Of a stretch of 64,000 nucleotides of DNA, positions 60,887 to 64,000 are shown one piece after another. Location: the NCBI GenBank assembly GCA_963675245.1, contig OY775910.1, positions 960,001 to 1,024,000 of the forward strand. The letters run 5' to 3'. Positions within the stretch are counted from its first letter, which is position 1; the number at the start of each line of letters is the position of its first letter. The position numbers were made by a program, and so were the translations under genes. Source of the stretch: Acholeplasmataceae bacterium. Its GTDB lineage: Bacteria > Bacillota_I > Bacilli_A > Acholeplasmatales > Acholeplasmataceae. A model generated the notes under the pieces. That model did not search any database, was not told where the DNA came from, and saw nothing but the letters and a program-made list of their open reading frames with translations.

Positions 60887-61654
60887 ATGGCAAAATTAGC
60901 AATTGAAAACCTTCATGTCGAAATTGAAGGAAAAGAAATATTAAAAGGTGTAAACCTTACGGTGAATTCAGGTGAAGTTCACGCGATTATGGGGCCAAAT
61001 GGTACTGGTAAATCAACGTTAGCAAGCGCACTTATGGGGCACCCTAAATATGAAGTTACAGCAGGTGTAGCAACACTTGATGGTGAAAATCTTCTTGATA
61101 TGGAAGTGGATGAAAGAGCACGTGCAGGCTTATTTTTAGCAATGCAATACCCTGCAGAAGTACCTGGTGTTACAAATAGTGATTTCATGCGTACTGCTGT
61201 TCGTGCGACATCTGGAAAAGATGTCGGATTATTCCAGTTTGCACTGGATTATGAGAAAAAAGTGGAAGAATTAAAGATGCGTCCTGATCTTGCACATCGT
61301 TACTTAAATGAAGGTTTTTCAGGTGGAGAACGTAAGCGTAATGAAATTCTTCAACTTAAAGTTTTAAAACCTAAATTTGCCATTTTAGATGAAATTGACT
61401 CAGGATTAGACGTTGATGCGCTAAAGATTGTAGGTCAAAATGTATCCGATATGGTGAACCCTGATTTTGGTTGTATTTTAATTACACATTATCAACGTAT
61501 TTTGGATCATATTAGTCCAACCAATGTCCATATTATGATTGATGGCAAAATTGTTTTAAGTGGTGGAGAAGAACTCATTAAGAAAATTGATGCTAATGGT
61601 TATGAATGGATAAAAACCGAACTTGGTATTGATTTTGAAGAGAGCGAAGCATAA
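60887..61654 (+). CDS. sufC: Fe-S assembly ATPase SufC
   Basis: GPNGTGKST, FLAMQYP, LNEGFSGGERKRNE, LDEIDSGLD; AAGGAGG SD. Confidence 0.97.
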   Translation: MAKLAIENLHVEIEGKEILKGVNLTVNSGEVHAIMGPNGTGKSTLASALMGHPKYEVTAGVATLDGENLLDMEVDERARAGLFLAMQYPAEVPGVTNSDFMRTAVRATSGKDVGLFQFALDYEKKVEELKMRPDLAHRYLNEGFSGGERKRNEILQLKVLKPKFAILDEIDSGLDVDALKIVGQNVSDMVNPDFGCILITHYQRILDHISPTNVHIMIDGKIVLSGGEELIKKIDANGYEWIKTELGIDFEESEA

Positions 61655-62529
61655 TGGTTGAGCTCATCGTTAAAGATCACCGAATTGAATCTAATCTTCC
61701 TGAAGGATTCACATTTGAAGAGGAAACATTAAATATTCCTGCAAACAAGGTCTATGACGATCCAGTTAAGGTGGTCATTAAAGACGATAATCATGAGGCC
61801 TTAAAAATTGTTGTCGGAAAAGGAACAAATGTCAAAATAATACTTGAAGTAGCTAGCGAACAAGCAGCGAAACATGATTATAATATTGAGCTTATTGCAA
61901 AACAGAATTCACATGTTAAATATTTATTGGTGTGTGAACTTGCAAGCGAAGAAGCACTATTAGCACATTATTTCACAGTTGAAAGAGATGCTTACCTTGA
62001 TTTAGTAGGTGGATTTGTTTCTAATGTGATAGACGCAAAAATGCATGTTGACTTAATTGGTCAAGGTGCGGAAGTGAAGATGCGTGCTATTGCTGTATCT
62101 TCAGATACACATAAACAAAATATTGATGTCTTAATCATTCATAAAGCGCCCTATACGATTGGTCACATGACGAATATCGGGATTGCCAATAAACATGGTA
62201 AAATAATATTAAACGGTGTCGAAAAAATTGAGAAAGGCATGAAACAAGCGAACGCTTTCCAGACTTTAAAAGGTATTATTACTTCTGATAATGCTATTGT
62301 TGAAGTTAATCCAATTTTATTAATTGATGAGTATGATGTTCAAGCTGGACATGGCGCAACCATTGGTAAGATTGAAGAAGAACAACTATACTACTTACAA
62401 AGTAGAGGCTTAACGAAAGCCGAATCTGAAAAATTAATCATAAACGGGTTTTTAACACCGATTATTGATGAAATTGAAGATGAACCGTTAAAGGAAAGAT
62501 TTGTAAACCTTGTGAATTCAAGAATATGA
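61654..62529 (+). CDS. sufD: Fe-S assembly protein SufD (short form)
   Basis: PILLIDEYDVQAGHGATIG, YYLQSRGL. Confidence 0.92.
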   Translation: MVELIVKDHRIESNLPEGFTFEEETLNIPANKVYDDPVKVVIKDDNHEALKIVVGKGTNVKIILEVASEQAAKHDYNIELIAKQNSHVKYLLVCELASEEALLAHYFTVERDAYLDLVGGFVSNVIDAKMHVDLIGQGAEVKMRAIAVSSDTHKQNIDVLIIHKAPYTIGHMTNIGIANKHGKIILNGVEKIEKGMKQANAFQTLKGIITSDNAIVEVNPILLIDEYDVQAGHGATIGKIEEEQLYYLQSRGLTKAESEKLIINGFLTPIIDEIEDEPLKERFVNLVNSRI

Positions 62530-63731
62530 TTGATGTTAAAAAAGTAAGACGTGATTTTCCTACATTTACACACCACCCTGAACTTGTGTATTTAGACTCT
62601 GCGGCATCTAGTTTAAAAGTGAGTAGTGCCATTGAAGCAGTCAATAATTACTACACACATTTAGGTGCAAATGTGCATCGTGGTAGTTATAAACTCAGTT
62701 ATGAAGCGACGAATTTATATGAAGATTCAAGAGTTGATGTCGCAAAACTCATCAATGCGAATCCTAATGAAGTTGTTTTTACAAGAGGAACAACATCCGC
62801 GCTTAATATGATTGCACATATGTATAGAGAAACATTAAAACCTGGTGATGAGGTTATTACGAGCGAACTTGAACATCATTCATCTGTCTTACCGTGGGTT
62901 ATAGCCACTAAACGTAGCGGGGCTACCCTGCGTTATGTACCTTTAAATGAAGAAGGTCGAATCACGGTTGAAGGCTTTAAAAAAGTATTATCTGATCATA
63001 CAAAAGTGGTTGCTTTAACGTATGTATCAAATGTTTTAGGTTATATTACACCAATCGAAGAGATTATCAAGCTTGCGCACGAAAAGGGTGCAATGGTAGT
63101 CGTTGATGCTGCACAAGCAGTTCCGCATATGCCAGTTGATGTGAAAAAGATTGATTGTGACTATATGGCGTTTTCTGGACATAAGATGTTTGGTCCAACA
63201 GGTATTGGTGTTCTTTACGGCAAAGAAGCATTACTTAATCACCTTGAACCATGTGAATATGGTGGAGAGATGGTTGAGGATGTCACGAAAGATCAAATTA
63301 TATTAAAAGAAGCACCAATCAGATTAGAAGCTGGTACACCGATTATTGCTGGTGCGATTGGTCTTGGTGAAGCAGCGAAGTATATATTAAAAGTAGGTGC
63401 AAAAAACATTCATGCACATACACTTAAATTAAAACATTATGCGCAGGAAAAGTTAGCCCTAGTAGAGGGCGTAACGATTCATAATAAATCAGCTGAAACA
63501 GGCATCTTAACATTCAATATCGATGGTGTTCATCCCCATGATGTTGCAAGTGTCTTAGATGAATCCAATATTGATGTGAGAGCAGGTAAGCATTGTGCTT
63601 ATTTGATTCACCAGAAATTAGATTTGTCATCAACGGTTAGAGCATCTTTTCATATTTATAATAATGAAGAGGATTGTGACCAATTGATTAAAGCAGTTAT
63701 TCAAGCTAGAGATTTCTTTAATGGCTTTTAG
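62526..63731 (+). CDS. sufS: Cysteine desulfurase SufS
   Basis: YLDSAAS, FSGHKMFGPTG, RAGKHCA. Confidence 0.96.
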   Translation: MIDVKKVRRDFPTFTHHPELVYLDSAASSLKVSSAIEAVNNYYTHLGANVHRGSYKLSYEATNLYEDSRVDVAKLINANPNEVVFTRGTTSALNMIAHMYRETLKPGDEVITSELEHHSSVLPWVIATKRSGATLRYVPLNEEGRITVEGFKKVLSDHTKVVALTYVSNVLGYITPIEEIIKLAHEKGAMVVVDAAQAVPHMPVDVKKIDCDYMAFSGHKMFGPTGIGVLYGKEALLNHLEPCEYGGEMVEDVTKDQIILKEAPIRLEAGTPIIAGAIGLGEAAKYILKVGAKNIHAHTLKLKHYAQEKLALVEGVTIHNKSAETGILTFNIDGVHPHDVASVLDESNIDVRAGKHCAYLIHQKLDLSSTVRASFHIYNNEEDCDQLIKAVIQARDFFNGF

Positions 63732-63739
63732 GAGTAAAT

Positions 63740-64000
63740 ATGAGAATTGAGCAACTATATCGTGAAGTCATCATGGATCATTATAAACACCCTAGAAATA
63801 AAGGTTTAGTTGATGATGCATCATATCTTACGATTCATTTAAATAATCCCAGTTGTGGTGATGAATTAACGATTCAACTCCATGTATTAGATCACGTGGT
63901 TGTTGATGTCAAACATCAAGGAACTGGATGTTCCATTTGTTGTTCATCAGCAAGTGTCATGTCAGAAGCGATTAAAGGTAAAACCGTTTCTGATGCATTA
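63740..64000 (+). CDS. sufU: SufU (3'-truncated by window edge)
   Basis: Translated by hand: MRIEQLYREVIMDHYKHPRNKG...NPSCGDEL...GTGCSICCSSASVM. Confidence 0.93.
   Translation, partial: MRIEQLYREVIMDHYKHPRNKGLVDDASYLTIHLNNPSCGDELTIQLHVLDHVVVDVKHQGTGCSICCSSASVMSEAIKGKTVSDAL

Noticed and set aside
1225..62644. Numerous 60-160 aa antisense or alternate-frame ORFs inside long genes (e.g. 35500-35988, 19298-19654)
   Set aside because: Shadow ORFs of well-supported genes, with no SD and no motifs.

Overview
Low-GC bacterial chromosome segment using the standard genetic code (TGA is a stop; tRNA-Trp has a CCA anticodon). Gene style suggests a free-living Acholeplasmatales/Izemoplasmatales-like mollicute (inference from acidic lipoproteins, OppD/OppF inserts and a DUF3899-like gene after opp). 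Core content: lipid/glycolipid enzymes, three ABC exporter pairs, a 1555-aa lipoprotein, corA, pstSCAB-phoU-phoP-phoR, an interleaved class Ib + class III ribonucleotide reductase operon (nrdI-D-G-E-F-H), tdh-kbl, amt, bcp-nifJ, oppABCDF, an S41 peptidase, sufCDSU and six tRNAs. The accessory highlight is a 4810-bp element integrated in tRNA-Gln(TTG) (30416-35269). It has a phage replisome organizer and a tyrosine integrase but no recognisable virion or conjugation genes, and it is rich in apparent RNA-level control: (i) a convergent antisense-RNA/mRNA pair with par/Fst-like architecture controlling a YjzC-like protein; (ii) a promoter plus a 12-nt antiterminator-like sequence joined to the replication operon only after excision; (iii) a highly structured rep leader. 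Outside the element there is a riboswitch-like terminator/antiterminator leader on the nrd operon and a stand-alone C-rich sRNA candidate divergent from suf. All RNA structures were paired by eye; no folding program or database search was run.
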